Assembly: GCA_964406735.1 (NCBI GenBank)
Contig: CAYOSU010000002.1
Coordinates: forward strand, 1,488-65,487
Direction: 5' to 3'
DNA: 64,000 bases
Origin: an uncultured Clostridia bacterium
GTDB lineage: Bacteria > Bacillota > Clostridia > Christensenellales > CAMQZB01
Shown here one piece after another: positions 39,463-49,298 of the stretch (positions within the stretch are counted from its first letter, which is position 1; every line of letters begins with the position of its first letter). Both the position numbers and the translations under genes were made by a program. Under the pieces are notes generated by a model. It was not told the DNA's origin, did no database searches, and worked only from the letters and a program-made list of their open reading frames with translations.

Positions 39463-41160
39463 TTATTTGACTTTTATGTCCCCTATCTCCATTTTTTCCT
39501 TGAAAGGTATGATGGAATAAGCGATATTCGTCATATGGTCGGCAACACGCTCGAGCTGAGACGCCATCGAAAGGTATATTGCGCCTACCTCGGGAGTGCA
39601 CTCGCCGTTGTTAAGTCTCTTGACATGCATATGCCCCATTTTGGCTTTCATGTCGTCCACCTTTTTCTCCGTCTCGTCAACGCTCTTTAATACGTTCCTG
39701 TCACGCTTCATAAACGCATCGACGGAATCGTGATACAATTTATCGAGATAACCTTTAAGTTCGTCCATATCCGAAAGTGCGGCAGGTGAAAAGCTCTGAC
39801 ATTTCTTTATCATATCGATGGCAAAGTCCATAACGTTTTCGGCGTAATCGCCTATACGCTCTATATCGGTTACGACGTGGAACAGAGAACCTATAATATG
39901 ATCGTCTTTCTCCGAAAGGTCGAGAGACGAGAACTTGACGAGGTAGTTCGTTATCTCCAAATTTAAGAAGTTTATCGCTTCCTCGTTGCGTTTTATCTTA
40001 TTGACGTTGGAATCGTCAAGCGACATTAACATATCAATCGACATCATAAGGTTATCAAAAGACGTATCTGCCATGCTCTTTACTTCCGCAAGGCTTTGAG
40101 CAACTGCAAGCGACGGAGTCTTGAAGATAAGATCGTCAAGGTAATGAAGCTTTTTGACGTCATTAGAATCATTCGTCTTCTTATCGTCCTTTATCATAAG
40201 CTCGGAAAGCTTGGTTATGGGCTTTATGAACGCAAGCATGAAAAGTCCTACCATGAGGTTTGAGAACGTGTGGTAGTTTGCTATAAATCTCGCCATACTT
40301 CCGGAGAAGCTCATTACGAACGACGCTATCGGCTTTTGCGCTACGAGCAGCACGAAGAACCATATTATCGTACCGAAGAAGTTTACTAAGAAGTTGATGA
40401 GTGCAGTTCTGCGAGCGTTCGGAGACGTTCCTATCGACGCAAGAAGTGCGGTTACGGTCGTACCGATATGAGAACCGAGCACCATGAACATAGCGGAATA
40501 GGGATTTACGAGAACGCCTGCCGTTCCGAGAACGACCATAATAGACGTTGACGCCGAGGAGCTTTGAAGTATTGCCGTCAAAAGCATCATGCTGATTACG
40601 CAAAGAAGCGGGTCTTCAAAGGACATTATCGCTCTTGCAAACATCGTCGGATCACCGTTTTCGTCAAAGGCTATTATCTTCATCGAGTCGCACATGAGCG
40701 CTAAGCCGATGAACAACATACCAAGTCCCAATGCGATAGCTCCGATATGCCTCATCTTATCGTTCTTGACGAACAAATAAAAAACTGCGCCTACAGCCGC
40801 AACGAGAGACATTATCGCAGTAATGTCAAACGCTGAAAGTGAGGATATTTGCGCAGTTACCGTAGTGCCGACGACGGCACCCAATAATATTGGAGTTGCT
40901 TGTATAAGCGTCATACAGCCGACGTTTACTAAGCCGACTATCATAACGCTGGTTGCTGCCGAGCTTTGAATAACGGCAGTAACGGTCAAACCAATGGCAA
41001 AGCCTTTGAAGCGATTGTTGGTTACTTTTTCAAACAAACGCTTCATTTCATTTCCCGATACAGTCTCAAGCGCATCGCCCATGAGCTTCATGGAAAACAA
41101 AAAGATAGCGAGTCCGCCCAACATCGAGAATATACTGAAAACCGTCTCTAATACCTGCAT
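39463..41160 (-). CDS. Na/Pi cotransporter family protein with PhoU-like C-terminal domains
   Basis: Two QSSxA repeats, IGTTVTA, and DIERIGD / LERVADH PhoU motifs. Confidence 0.92.
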   Translation of the reverse strand: MQVLETVFSIFSMLGGLAIFLFSMKLMGDALETVSGNEMKRLFEKVTNNRFKGFAIGLTVTAVIQSSAATSVMIVGLVNVGCMTLIQATPILLGAVVGTTVTAQISSLSAFDITAIMSLVAAVGAVFYLFVKNDKMRHIGAIALGLGMLFIGLALMCDSMKIIAFDENGDPTMFARAIMSFEDPLLCVISMMLLTAILQSSSASTSIMVVLGTAGVLVNPYSAMFMVLGSHIGTTVTALLASIGTSPNARRTALINFLVNFFGTIIWFFVLLVAQKPIASFVMSFSGSMARFIANYHTFSNLMVGLFMLAFIKPITKLSELMIKDDKKTNDSNDVKKLHYLDDLIFKTPSLAVAQSLAEVKSMADTSFDNLMMSIDMLMSLDDSNVNKIKRNEEAINFLNLEITNYLVKFSSLDLSEKDDHIIGSLFHVVTDIERIGDYAENVMDFAIDMIKKCQSFSPAALSDMDELKGYLDKLYHDSVDAFMKRDRNVLKSVDETEKKVDDMKAKMGHMHVKRLNNGECTPEVGAIYLSMASQLERVADHMTNIAYSIIPFKEKMEIGDIKVK

Positions 41161-41380
41161 TTTTCTTTCCGTAAAACCTTTCCGTTCGCCTTCACCCTAA
41201 GCGAACAAGCTCTCCGCATAAAAAAAGTGCGTTGGATGAGCGGAGCTTCCCTCTCGCACACAACTGCCGCATTTTCAGCCGTTCCTCTTGAAAGGGGTCT
41301 ATTTTTCTTCAATCACACACTTTCTATTTTATTTGTTCTCACCAAGATTGTCAATTAAAAATCGGCTTGAACAAAGTTCG

Positions 41381-41878
41381 TCAAAATTTTGTCAAACGTC
41401 CTTCCTCGTCAAGGTCCTCGAAATTGCCTTGACGTAGGTACTCGTACGTTGCAACGCATATGGAATTTGCAAGGTTTAGCGATCTCAAATTTTGGCGCAT
41501 CGGTATTCTTACTGCGTTCTCATAGTGATCGTGCAATAATTCCTCGGGAAGTCCCTTGGTCTCCTTGCCGAAAACTAAGTACGCATCGTCGGGATAGGTT
41601 ACGTCGGCGTAGCAGTGTTTGCCTTTCGTCGTGAAAAAGTACATTCTATCGACGTCCTGCTCGTGCTTTTGCATAAAGTCTTCTAAGTTGTCGTAGTACG
41701 TTATATCAAGATCATTCCAATAGTCCAAGCCTGCACGTTTGAGCTTTGCGTCCGTTATCGTGAAGCCAAGCGGCTTTACTAAATGAAGGCTTGCGCCCGT
41801 GCATGCGCACGTTCTTGCGACGTTGCCAGTATTCTGCGGTATTTCAGGCTCTACCATGACTATATTAAGCTTTCGCAT
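41381..41878 (-). CDS. trmL: tRNA (cytidine/uridine-34 2'-O)-methyltransferase
   Basis: EPEIPQNTGN, RAGLDYW, FGKETKGL and RSLNLAN motifs. Confidence 0.95.
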   Translation of the reverse strand: MRKLNIVMVEPEIPQNTGNVARTCACTGASLHLVKPLGFTITDAKLKRAGLDYWNDLDITYYDNLEDFMQKHEQDVDRMYFFTTKGKHCYADVTYPDDAYLVFGKETKGLPEELLHDHYENAVRIPMRQNLRSLNLANSICVATYEYLRQGNFEDLDEEGRLTKF

Positions 41879-41879
41879 T

Positions 41880-42824
41880 CTATTTTACCTCCGTTTGCTC
41901 ACTTTCCATCTCGGAAAGCAGAGCAAATATCTCTTCCTTTGAATTTAATTTGTTTATCTCGCACTTATAATGGCTTGCGTTGCGCATTCCCTTGAAGTAC
42001 GCCGCAAAGTGCTTGCGCATAAAGGTCGCCGTTCTATCCCCCATATCAGCTTCTAAAAGCTCGTAATGCGCTCTCATTACGTCAAACTTATTGCCCGTAA
42101 ACTCCACGCCTAAAAGCTCTGAAAAAAGCCAAGGTGAGCCTATTGCGCCACGGGCTATCATAACTCCGTCGCACCCCGTTTGGGAAACAAGTCTATCCGC
42201 CGCCTCTTTTGAGAATACGTCGCCGTTTCCTATAACTGGTATCGACACGGCATTTTTTACTTTGCCTATTATCTCGTAATCCGCACTTCCGCTATACATC
42301 TGCGCTCGCGTCCTGCCGTGTACGGTTATTGCACTTGCACCCATATCCTCGCACATCCTGGCAAACTCAACGCAGTTGACGTGATTTTCATCCCAGCCCT
42401 TTCTGAATTTTACCGTTACGGGCTTATCGGTAGACTTGACTACCGTCGAGATTATCTTCGCCGCATGGTCGGGCTCGGTCATTAAAAACGCACCGTCACC
42501 TTTTCCTGCCACCTTATGAACGGGACAGCCCATATTTATGTCGATGACGTCGTATTTATCAAGTATTCCGCTTTTGACTATCTCCTCGAAAACAGACTCG
42601 TCGCTTCCAAAAAGCTGAACGCCGCAAGGGTCTTCGTTATCAGCCTTTGAGAGTATCTTGTAAGTATTCTGATTATTGTACTTCAAGCCTTTGACGCTGA
42701 CCATTTCGGTATAGGAAAGGCTTGCACCGAAATCTCGGCACAGCTTTCTGAACCCTACGTCCGCAACGCCAGCAAGCGGTGCGAGTATATAGTTGTTTTT
42801 AAGCTCAATTTCGCCTATCTTCAT
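41880..42824 (-). CDS. dusB: tRNA-dihydrouridine synthase B
   Basis: LAPLAG, DINMGCP, VHGRT, GNGDV and MIARG motifs. Confidence 0.93.
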   Translation of the reverse strand: MKIGEIELKNNYILAPLAGVADVGFRKLCRDFGASLSYTEMVSVKGLKYNNQNTYKILSKADNEDPCGVQLFGSDESVFEEIVKSGILDKYDVIDINMGCPVHKVAGKGDGAFLMTEPDHAAKIISTVVKSTDKPVTVKFRKGWDENHVNCVEFARMCEDMGASAITVHGRTRAQMYSGSADYEIIGKVKNAVSIPVIGNGDVFSKEAADRLVSQTGCDGVMIARGAIGSPWLFSELLGVEFTGNKFDVMRAHYELLEADMGDRTATFMRKHFAAYFKGMRNASHYKCEINKLNSKEEIFALLSEMESEQTEVK

Positions 42825-43738
42825 CTGTTTTTGATGCTCCGTTCGACGAGTACTTCAGCGGCGTTATAGCCCGACTTTTTAAGCAGGAAATTTGCTGCCG
42901 CCGCCTCGATTATTACGGGAAGGTTACGCCCGGGGACGATAGGTATGATCACTTTGGGTATCTCTACGCCCAAGATATTCTCGTACGTACCCTCGCCGTC
43001 AAGTCTGTCGTACTCCTTTTTGGGGTCTAAGTTCTGCATCTCAACGACGAGATCGACGTGCTTTTTGTCCTTTATCGCCGTTACGCCGTACATATTGCGA
43101 GTGTCGATTATGCCTATGCCTCTAAGCTCCATGAAGTACCTTATTACCTCGGGAGATTCGCCGTACAGGTTGTTCTGTACGTTCTTGATAATGATCGAGT
43201 CGTCCGCTACGAGTCTATGCCCACGCTTGATAAGTTCAAGCGCCGTTTCGCTCTTTCCTATACCGCTTTTGCCCGTCAGAAGAACGCCTACTCCCGAAAC
43301 GTCCACGAAAACGCCGTGAACGCGCGTTGAGGGCGCAAGGAACTCGTTCAAAAATATCGTGAGGTTATTGACAAGCTGAGTCGTCTCGAGCGGAGACAAG
43401 AACAGCGGACAGTTGTGCTTTTTGTAGGAATTAAGCAGCGTCTCGGGAACTTCGAGCGAGCGTGATATTATCGTACACGGCACACGGCGTTCCAAGATCA
43501 TGTCCATTATCATTACTTTGTCTTTCTCAGGCTTGGCGTTGTAGTACTTCATTTCGGCGTTACCCATTACCTGAACTCTGTTCTCGCCGAAGTAGTCGAA
43601 AAAGCCTGCAAGCTGAAGCCCCGGTCTTGATACGTTGACCGTCGTAAAAGTCATCTCGCCGCTTCCTGCAAACAGTATCTCGAGCTTTAACTCCTTGGCA
43701 AATTCCTCGACCGTTATAGTCCTCGTTTCAACATCCAT
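42821..43738 (-). CDS. hprK: HPr kinase/phosphorylase
   Basis: RPGLQLAG, GKSGIGKSE, LVADD and ELRGIGII motifs; start set to ATG 43738 (MDVETR) behind GGAGG. Confidence 0.95.
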   Translation of the reverse strand: MDVETRTITVEEFAKELKLEILFAGSGEMTFTTVNVSRPGLQLAGFFDYFGENRVQVMGNAEMKYYNAKPEKDKVMIMDMILERRVPCTIISRSLEVPETLLNSYKKHNCPLFLSPLETTQLVNNLTIFLNEFLAPSTRVHGVFVDVSGVGVLLTGKSGIGKSETALELIKRGHRLVADDSIIIKNVQNNLYGESPEVIRYFMELRGIGIIDTRNMYGVTAIKDKKHVDLVVEMQNLDPKKEYDRLDGEGTYENILGVEIPKVIIPIVPGRNLPVIIEAAAANFLLKKSGYNAAEVLVERSIKNR

Positions 43739-43743
43739 GACTT

Positions 43744-46392
43744 TTAGCCCTCCAAACAAAACTTTTCTATGGTCTTCGCAACGCCGTCCTCGACGTCCGA
43801 AGGTGCGATATAGTCTGCCTCTTCCAAAAGCTCCTTGCAAGCGTTTTTGACCGCTACGCCAAAGCCTGCGTACCTTATCATCGAAAGGTCGTTCTGACCG
43901 TCGCCGAACGCCATTACGTCATCACGAGTAAGCCCTAAGTACTCGCAAAGTGCCTCTGCGCCCTTGTCTTTGCCGGCATTGACGCTTACGCACTCGAAAA
44001 GCCACTTCTTGCTGAACATAAAGTGGCACTTATCGCCGAACATCTTATTATATTTTTCGCATATAGCGTCGTTATCCGATCCGTCGGGAACGTAACACAC
44101 TACCTTTGGCACGTTCCACCCCTTTTCCTCTAAAAACTCGGAGAGCGGCTTTCTCGTGAAGACGATAGGTATCCCTGTGTTTTTTATATACGCATCGGTG
44201 AACTCGTTCTCTTTCTCGGTGAAAACGTCTGCACCGTAATACGTCTGCGGTCTTATGCCGTCTTTTTCCATCTCGCGTATTACTTCAATAGCATCTGCGT
44301 TTGACATCGCAATTTCCTTGATTATTTTATCGTTTTTCAAGTCTGCGACATACGCTCCGTTATACGCAAGCGCATAACCGAAGTTTATTCCGTTCTCGTC
44401 GAGAAGTTTTTTGACCGCATCAGACGACCTTCCGGACGAAACGACGAATGTTCCGCCCCTTTTGACGTATTCGTGTATGACCTTTAACGTATAGTCCGTC
44501 ACCTTTCCGCCCTTTGGAAGTAACGTATCGTCGTAATCGGACAAAACGAGTTTATATTTCATATCGGCTTCTCCTTTGTGAAAGTGATCGTATATATTTT
44601 TGGCAAGCTTTTTGCCTATGCCATCCGTTTTTGCAAGCTCCTTTACGCTTGCCTCTTTTATCTTGGCAACTGTCCTGAACCTATCGCACAGCGCTTGTTT
44701 TTTCTTCTCTCCGATGCCCTCTATCTCGTCAAGTCTTGACCTTAGCGAATTTTTGTTGTGAAGGCTTCTGAAAAAAGTGATCGCAAAGCGGTGGGACTCG
44801 TCTCTTATGCGTTGCAAAAGCTTTAAGGAGACATCTCGCTTTGGGATTATTATCGGGTCTTCCCGTCCCGGGACGAAGACCTCTTCTTCTCTTTTTGCAA
44901 GCGATATCATGGGGACGTAAATTCCTACCTCTTGCATCGCTTCTTGTGCATAGCCAAGCTGTCCCTTGCCGCCGTCGATGACTATCAGATCAGGTGCGCT
45001 CCCGAACGACGGGTCGCTATCACCGTCTTTCAGGCGTTGAAGTCTTCTTTTCAAGACCTCTTTCATGGACGCAAAGTCGTTTGCACCCTCGACGGTCTTT
45101 ATTTTGAAGCGGCGGTAGTCGCTCGACTTTTTCTCGCCGTCGAAAAAGACTACCATAGATGCGACTTTATCTACACCCTGCACGTTCGAGATATCGTAGC
45201 ACTCCATCCTGCGCAGTTTTTTAAGACCCAAAATATCTCTGAGCCTTTCGCACGCACCGACGGTCATATCCGACTTACGCTTTTCCGTATCGACGGATTT
45301 TTCCATAAAATCGGCGGCGTTTTTCTCAGAAAGCTCTACTAAGCTCTTTCTGACGCCGTTTTTGGGCGAAATTACGTTGAAAGCCTTGTCGGCAAGGGGG
45401 CTTAACGCTTCCTTGACGCTTGAAGCCATATCGTCGGGAATTGACAGCACTATCTCATCGGGGATCTTGGCATTCTGATAATACTGGACGACAAAGCCCG
45501 ACAGTAGCTCTTCTTCGGTCGACACAAAGTCTACTACCGTGTAATTTTCTCCGCCCTGCATTCTGCCTTGGCGTATCATCAAGTGATTTATTACTCTGCT
45601 CGTGCCGTTCGTAGAATACCCGAAAACGTCCATATCGACGTCTTTTGGGAATGCCGATAGCGTTTTTGCCTTTATTTTTTCTACGACCGTAAGCATATTC
45701 CTCATCGCTATCGCTCGCTCAAAGCGTTCTTCCTCGGCTGCGATGCGCATTTTTTCGGAAAGCAGGGTCTCTACCTCTTTTGTGTCGCCCTTCAAAAACC
45801 TGACGACCTTTTCTATCAGCTCCCTATACTCTTCCTTGGAAACGCTTTCTGTGCAAGGTCCGACACATCTGCCCGTCTGATATTCAAGGCAAGGTCTGAA
45901 GCTTTTGGGTAGCTTATTTAAGTTTATATTGCAGCTTCTGACGTGAAAGCCCTCGTATATAACTCCGATAAGGTCTTTTACGGGAACGCCGCCCATATAC
46001 GGACCGAAGTACGCCGCACCGTCTTTTTTTATCTTTCTCGTTATCTCAACGGTGGGATAATCGGACTTTTTATCTATCCTGATATACGGGTAGTTCTTGT
46101 CGTCTTTGAGAAGGATGTTATATTGCGGTTTGTATTTTTTTATTAAGTTGCTCTCTAAAACTAACGCATCGGACTCGGAATTGACTATGTAATAGTACAG
46201 GTCGTTAATTTTATTGACCATCGCTATTACCTTGTCCGTCAGATTTTTGGGCGAGCGGAAATATTGCCTTACACGGTTTTTTAACACCTTGGCTTTTCCT
46301 ATGTAGATTATCTCGTTGTTTTCGTCAAGCATGACGTAAACACCCGGGTCTGACGGCAGAGTCTTCAGTTTTTGTTCGAGATTTTTATTCAT
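43744..46392 (-). CDS. uvrC: Excinuclease ABC subunit C fused in frame to a Cof-type HAD hydrolase
   Basis: GIY-YIG region (GVY...YIGKA), ECYDISN, IDGGKGQL and HhH (GIG) motifs, followed without a stop by MKYKLVLSDYDDTLL...SSGR...FGDGQND. Confidence 0.9.
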   Translation of the reverse strand: MNKNLEQKLKTLPSDPGVYVMLDENNEIIYIGKAKVLKNRVRQYFRSPKNLTDKVIAMVNKINDLYYYIVNSESDALVLESNLIKKYKPQYNILLKDDKNYPYIRIDKKSDYPTVEITRKIKKDGAAYFGPYMGGVPVKDLIGVIYEGFHVRSCNINLNKLPKSFRPCLEYQTGRCVGPCTESVSKEEYRELIEKVVRFLKGDTKEVETLLSEKMRIAAEEERFERAIAMRNMLTVVEKIKAKTLSAFPKDVDMDVFGYSTNGTSRVINHLMIRQGRMQGGENYTVVDFVSTEEELLSGFVVQYYQNAKIPDEIVLSIPDDMASSVKEALSPLADKAFNVISPKNGVRKSLVELSEKNAADFMEKSVDTEKRKSDMTVGACERLRDILGLKKLRRMECYDISNVQGVDKVASMVVFFDGEKKSSDYRRFKIKTVEGANDFASMKEVLKRRLQRLKDGDSDPSFGSAPDLIVIDGGKGQLGYAQEAMQEVGIYVPMISLAKREEEVFVPGREDPIIIPKRDVSLKLLQRIRDESHRFAITFFRSLHNKNSLRSRLDEIEGIGEKKKQALCDRFRTVAKIKEASVKELAKTDGIGKKLAKNIYDHFHKGEADMKYKLVLSDYDDTLLPKGGKVTDYTLKVIHEYVKRGGTFVVSSGRSSDAVKKLLDENGINFGYALAYNGAYVADLKNDKIIKEIAMSNADAIEVIREMEKDGIRPQTYYGADVFTEKENEFTDAYIKNTGIPIVFTRKPLSEFLEEKGWNVPKVVCYVPDGSDNDAICEKYNKMFGDKCHFMFSKKWLFECVSVNAGKDKGAEALCEYLGLTRDDVMAFGDGQNDLSMIRYAGFGVAVKNACKELLEEADYIAPSDVEDGVAKTIEKFCLEG

Positions 46393-46443
46393 ACAGAGAC
46401 TATTTTACACGAAAAACACAAAATAATCAATGTATTTTGGCAT

Positions 46444-46791
46444 TCAATACCCCAGATATTCCACGCCGCTTAAAAATACTTTGGAAACTACGCCGTCGCC
46501 GATACGGTAAAACACTATCTTCCCCTGTCTTTTGGAGCTGACTAAGCCAAAGTCTTTCAGGTTTTTAAGCTGGTGCGATACCGTCGTCTGATTTATATCA
46601 AGCATCCTCGATATATCGGTAACGCACATCTCGGAGATAGAAAGTATGGACAGTATCCTGAGCCTCGTAGGCTCGGCAAAGAGCGCAAAAAGACAGGACA
46701 AGTCCTCTAACTTTCTCTTATCGGGAAGAAAGCTGTCTACTACGTCCGCCGTTCGCATATCAAGAAGCAATAGATCTTGCTTATTTGTCAT
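46444..46791 (-). CDS. ArsR/SmtB-family transcriptional regulator
   Basis: PTRLRIL, EMCVTDI, VSHQL and GKIVFY motifs. Confidence 0.9.
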   Translation of the reverse strand: MTNKQDLLLLDMRTADVVDSFLPDKRKLEDLSCLFALFAEPTRLRILSILSISEMCVTDISRMLDINQTTVSHQLKNLKDFGLVSSKRQGKIVFYRIGDGVVSKVFLSGVEYLGY

Positions 46792-46880
46792 ATCGTTTTC
46801 CCTCCATACGTTGTTGATAACTTAATGATAATTATGGATAACAACAAAATGAAAGGGAGTTTTTGACTTTTATTTTGCTT

Positions 46881-47039
46881 TTACGTCGAACTATTCGGAC
46901 AAAGAATCGAAAAGCAATCGGTGGTCGAAAAAAGCGCCAATATCAGGAATAACTGCGTCCAGTTTACGTTGTTGAAGTCGATCAAAAGCGCTAAGAGCGG
47001 CAAGAGTATCAAGCACTCGGAATTAAAGCACGAAAACAT
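46881..47039 (-). CDS. Small 52-aa hydrophobic Cys-containing protein (not in ORF track), possibly sporulation-specific
   Basis: GGAGGT RBS (47055-47050); reads MFSCFNSECLILLPLLALLIDFNNVNWTQLFLILALFSTTDCFSILCPNSST*; fills an otherwise empty gap. Confidence 0.6.
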   Translation of the reverse strand: MFSCFNSECLILLPLLALLIDFNNVNWTQLFLILALFSTTDCFSILCPNSST

Positions 47040-47173
47040 TTTTGTTTTTACCTCCGTACCGTTTTCTTAACTATATGAAAAAGCCGCCTCAAAGGTGAGA
47101 CGGTTATGATATTTATATAATTCTTCGCAAAATACTTTAATTTTGAGAATAAATATGTGTTTTTGGCTTGTTT

Positions 47174-47686
47174 TTATACTTTGGTGTAGTATTTATTTAC
47201 AAGTCTTAATGCGTAAACTATGATTTTTCCCATCAAAAGGTCGTATAAGTTCATTAAGGCAAAAGCGCCTACTATCAACGTCCAAAGGGGCAAATTCCAC
47301 TCGTTTATCTCGGTAAAAAAGGTCGAGAAGAAATATATTACCGTTATCGATATTGCGTAGAAAACTTCCTTTATCGCAATCTCGACGACCTTTTTTGCAC
47401 CCTTTTGCTTTGCTATGCAGTGGATAAGTACGTAAGGCGCAAAGAACGCCAGGAACGGGAGCATCGTCAAAAAGTTCGGTGCGAATATTCCGCCTATGAC
47501 CGTTGACGCAATAAAACAAAGAATGCTCCACTTTATCTCCCCCGTGATAAACGGCATAACGAGGCACAAAGACGCCAGCATATAGCACGAATAATCGAGA
47601 ACGTTGAAATAATTACCTAAAATGATAAAGACTGCCGAAAACGCACAGGATATTCCTGCGAGGGCAATCTTTTTCGTTTTTTTCAT
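47174..47686 (-). CDS. Hypothetical membrane protein
   Basis: Several TM segments; translationally coupled to the upstream gene. Confidence 0.75.
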   Translation of the reverse strand: MKKTKKIALAGISCAFSAVFIILGNYFNVLDYSCYMLASLCLVMPFITGEIKWSILCFIASTVIGGIFAPNFLTMLPFLAFFAPYVLIHCIAKQKGAKKVVEIAIKEVFYAISITVIYFFSTFFTEINEWNLPLWTLIVGAFALMNLYDLLMGKIIVYALRLVNKYYTKV

Positions 47687-48363
47687 CAGCAACCGCCTCC
47701 GATGCAGTTACAGAAGAGGTTGAGGCACAAAAGCTGAGTACAGCAATTCATTGCGTCATCGCATCCGCCCATCTGACGGTTGTTATCGTCCCAATCGGGG
47801 GAATTGCCGTTGCCGTTTCTCTGCTGTTCCTTCCACCATTCTTCGGCGGGATTTTCTTTTCTTTGAGTGTTTTTATCCGCTTTTTCTACCTTTGCACCGC
47901 CCGACATGACTTTTTCGAGCTTTTGCAAGGTCTTTTTGTACTTTTCGTTGTTGCTATCCTGCTCCAAAGCAAGTTCGAGCTGCTTTTTTGCATCGGTAAA
48001 CCAGTCTTTTTTGTAAAAGACCATTGCCTGATAGTAGTGCCAATCGGCAGTTCTTTCAGTCATATCGTCAAGGATAGCCTGTGCATCGTTTATCTTGCCC
48101 GCCTTGACAAGCTCCTCGACTTTTTTGAACTTCGAGGTATTTTCGTCAAAGGTCTCTTCTTCGGTCTTGTAGCTTCTCGACTCAAGTACCTCTCTGTAAG
48201 CATCCTCAAGCTCGGTGAGCTTTCTTGCCGCAGTATCTCCTCTCTCACCCTCGAGGAACATATCGCCTCTATATTGAGCACGAAGCCTGTTATACGCTTC
48301 GTCGATCTCCTCGTCGGTCGCTCCTATTCCTAAACCAAAAACTTTGTATAAGTATTCTTGCAT
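47686..48363 (-). CDS. J-domain-like plus TPR protein with Cys-rich C-terminus
   Basis: YKVFGL...ATDEEIDEAY...L..AY DnaJ-like N-terminus (no HPD), TPR-like WHYYQA...ALEQDSNN, and a CC..LLC...CNC tail. Confidence 0.7.
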   Translation of the reverse strand: MQEYLYKVFGLGIGATDEEIDEAYNRLRAQYRGDMFLEGERGDTAARKLTELEDAYREVLESRSYKTEEETFDENTSKFKKVEELVKAGKINDAQAILDDMTERTADWHYYQAMVFYKKDWFTDAKKQLELALEQDSNNEKYKKTLQKLEKVMSGGAKVEKADKNTQRKENPAEEWWKEQQRNGNGNSPDWDDNNRQMGGCDDAMNCCTQLLCLNLFCNCIGGGC

Positions 48364-49277
48364 TTCTCTCCTTGCATTACACCTTTAGTCATCAAGGGTA
48401 AGCCTTTTTGTATTACGTTAGCTAAAAAATCTTTATTGAATGAAAACTTTATCTTCAAAAAGCTGTCGTTTATGGCGTTTAAGCAGGATGCAAAGGCAAA
48501 GACTATCTCCTCGCCGTGCTTTTCCATCAGCTCTTTATGCGTTAATACGCCCGAATATATCACCTTGAAGGGATTAAACTTATTTTCCTTTACGTCGTCC
48601 TCAAAGTCGTCGAGTGCGTCTATCATATATATCCACTTACCGACGTTATAAGAAAGATGGGAAAGGCTTTCAAGGTTATTTTCAGCCGCATCCCCGTCAT
48701 TATAGCACACCGAATCTTCTTTTTCAACTAAATGCTTGCTTGCGTATAAAGTTACGATAGCTTTCACACAATCGCGCATCATTGACGCAAACTCGTCGGA
48801 AATTTTATCAAGCGTGAAATCAGTCGTCTTTTCCACCTCACGAAGGCTTGCGTAGCGGGTCTTTACTATCTCCTCTACGCCTGTTAGGTTCTCGCTTGCC
48901 TTTTTCAAGGCATTTTTTAAGCCTCTCATCGCAGATCTTGCCTTTGTTGAGTTATCGTCGAGCGCTTTATCGTAAGCTGCGTAATAGCCCAAAATAACGT
49001 TAAAGGACGCCAACATATCGGTAAGCTCGTTGGACTCTACAGACTTTCTTTGCGTGAAGGGCTTCGTTATACATCTGAGCTTTTCAAACGTTACGTCTAC
49101 ACCCAAGTAATTGTGAAGAAGTATCGCAAGGAAGGTTATATCGTAATTTATCGTAAAGCGTGAAAGCTGACCGAACTGGCGTTCCATAGACTTGCATACG
49201 CCGCAGTAAAAAGAGCGGTATAGGTCGAAGTCTTTCATATATAAATGAGCCTTTTCGGGCATTACGTATCCAAACAT
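48330..49277 (-). CDS. DUF5685 family protein
   Basis: MFGYV, YRSFYCGVC, NYDITFL and GKWIYMIDALDDFEDD motifs. Confidence 0.82.
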   Translation of the reverse strand: MFGYVMPEKAHLYMKDFDLYRSFYCGVCKSMERQFGQLSRFTINYDITFLAILLHNYLGVDVTFEKLRCITKPFTQRKSVESNELTDMLASFNVILGYYAAYDKALDDNSTKARSAMRGLKNALKKASENLTGVEEIVKTRYASLREVEKTTDFTLDKISDEFASMMRDCVKAIVTLYASKHLVEKEDSVCYNDGDAAENNLESLSHLSYNVGKWIYMIDALDDFEDDVKENKFNPFKVIYSGVLTHKELMEKHGEEIVFAFASCLNAINDSFLKIKFSFNKDFLANVIQKGLPLMTKGVMQGEKCKNTYTKFLV

Positions 49278-49298
49278 TGCTTTACTTCCCTGTTATTT

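Noticed and set aside
38263-39690. 475-aa plus-strand ORF
   Set aside because: Antisense shadow of pgk and the Na/Pi transporter; no recognisable motifs.
43739-43840. N-terminal extension of HprK in the ORF track
   Set aside because: It overlaps the end of the uvrC-HAD ORF; a good RBS precedes ATG 43738.
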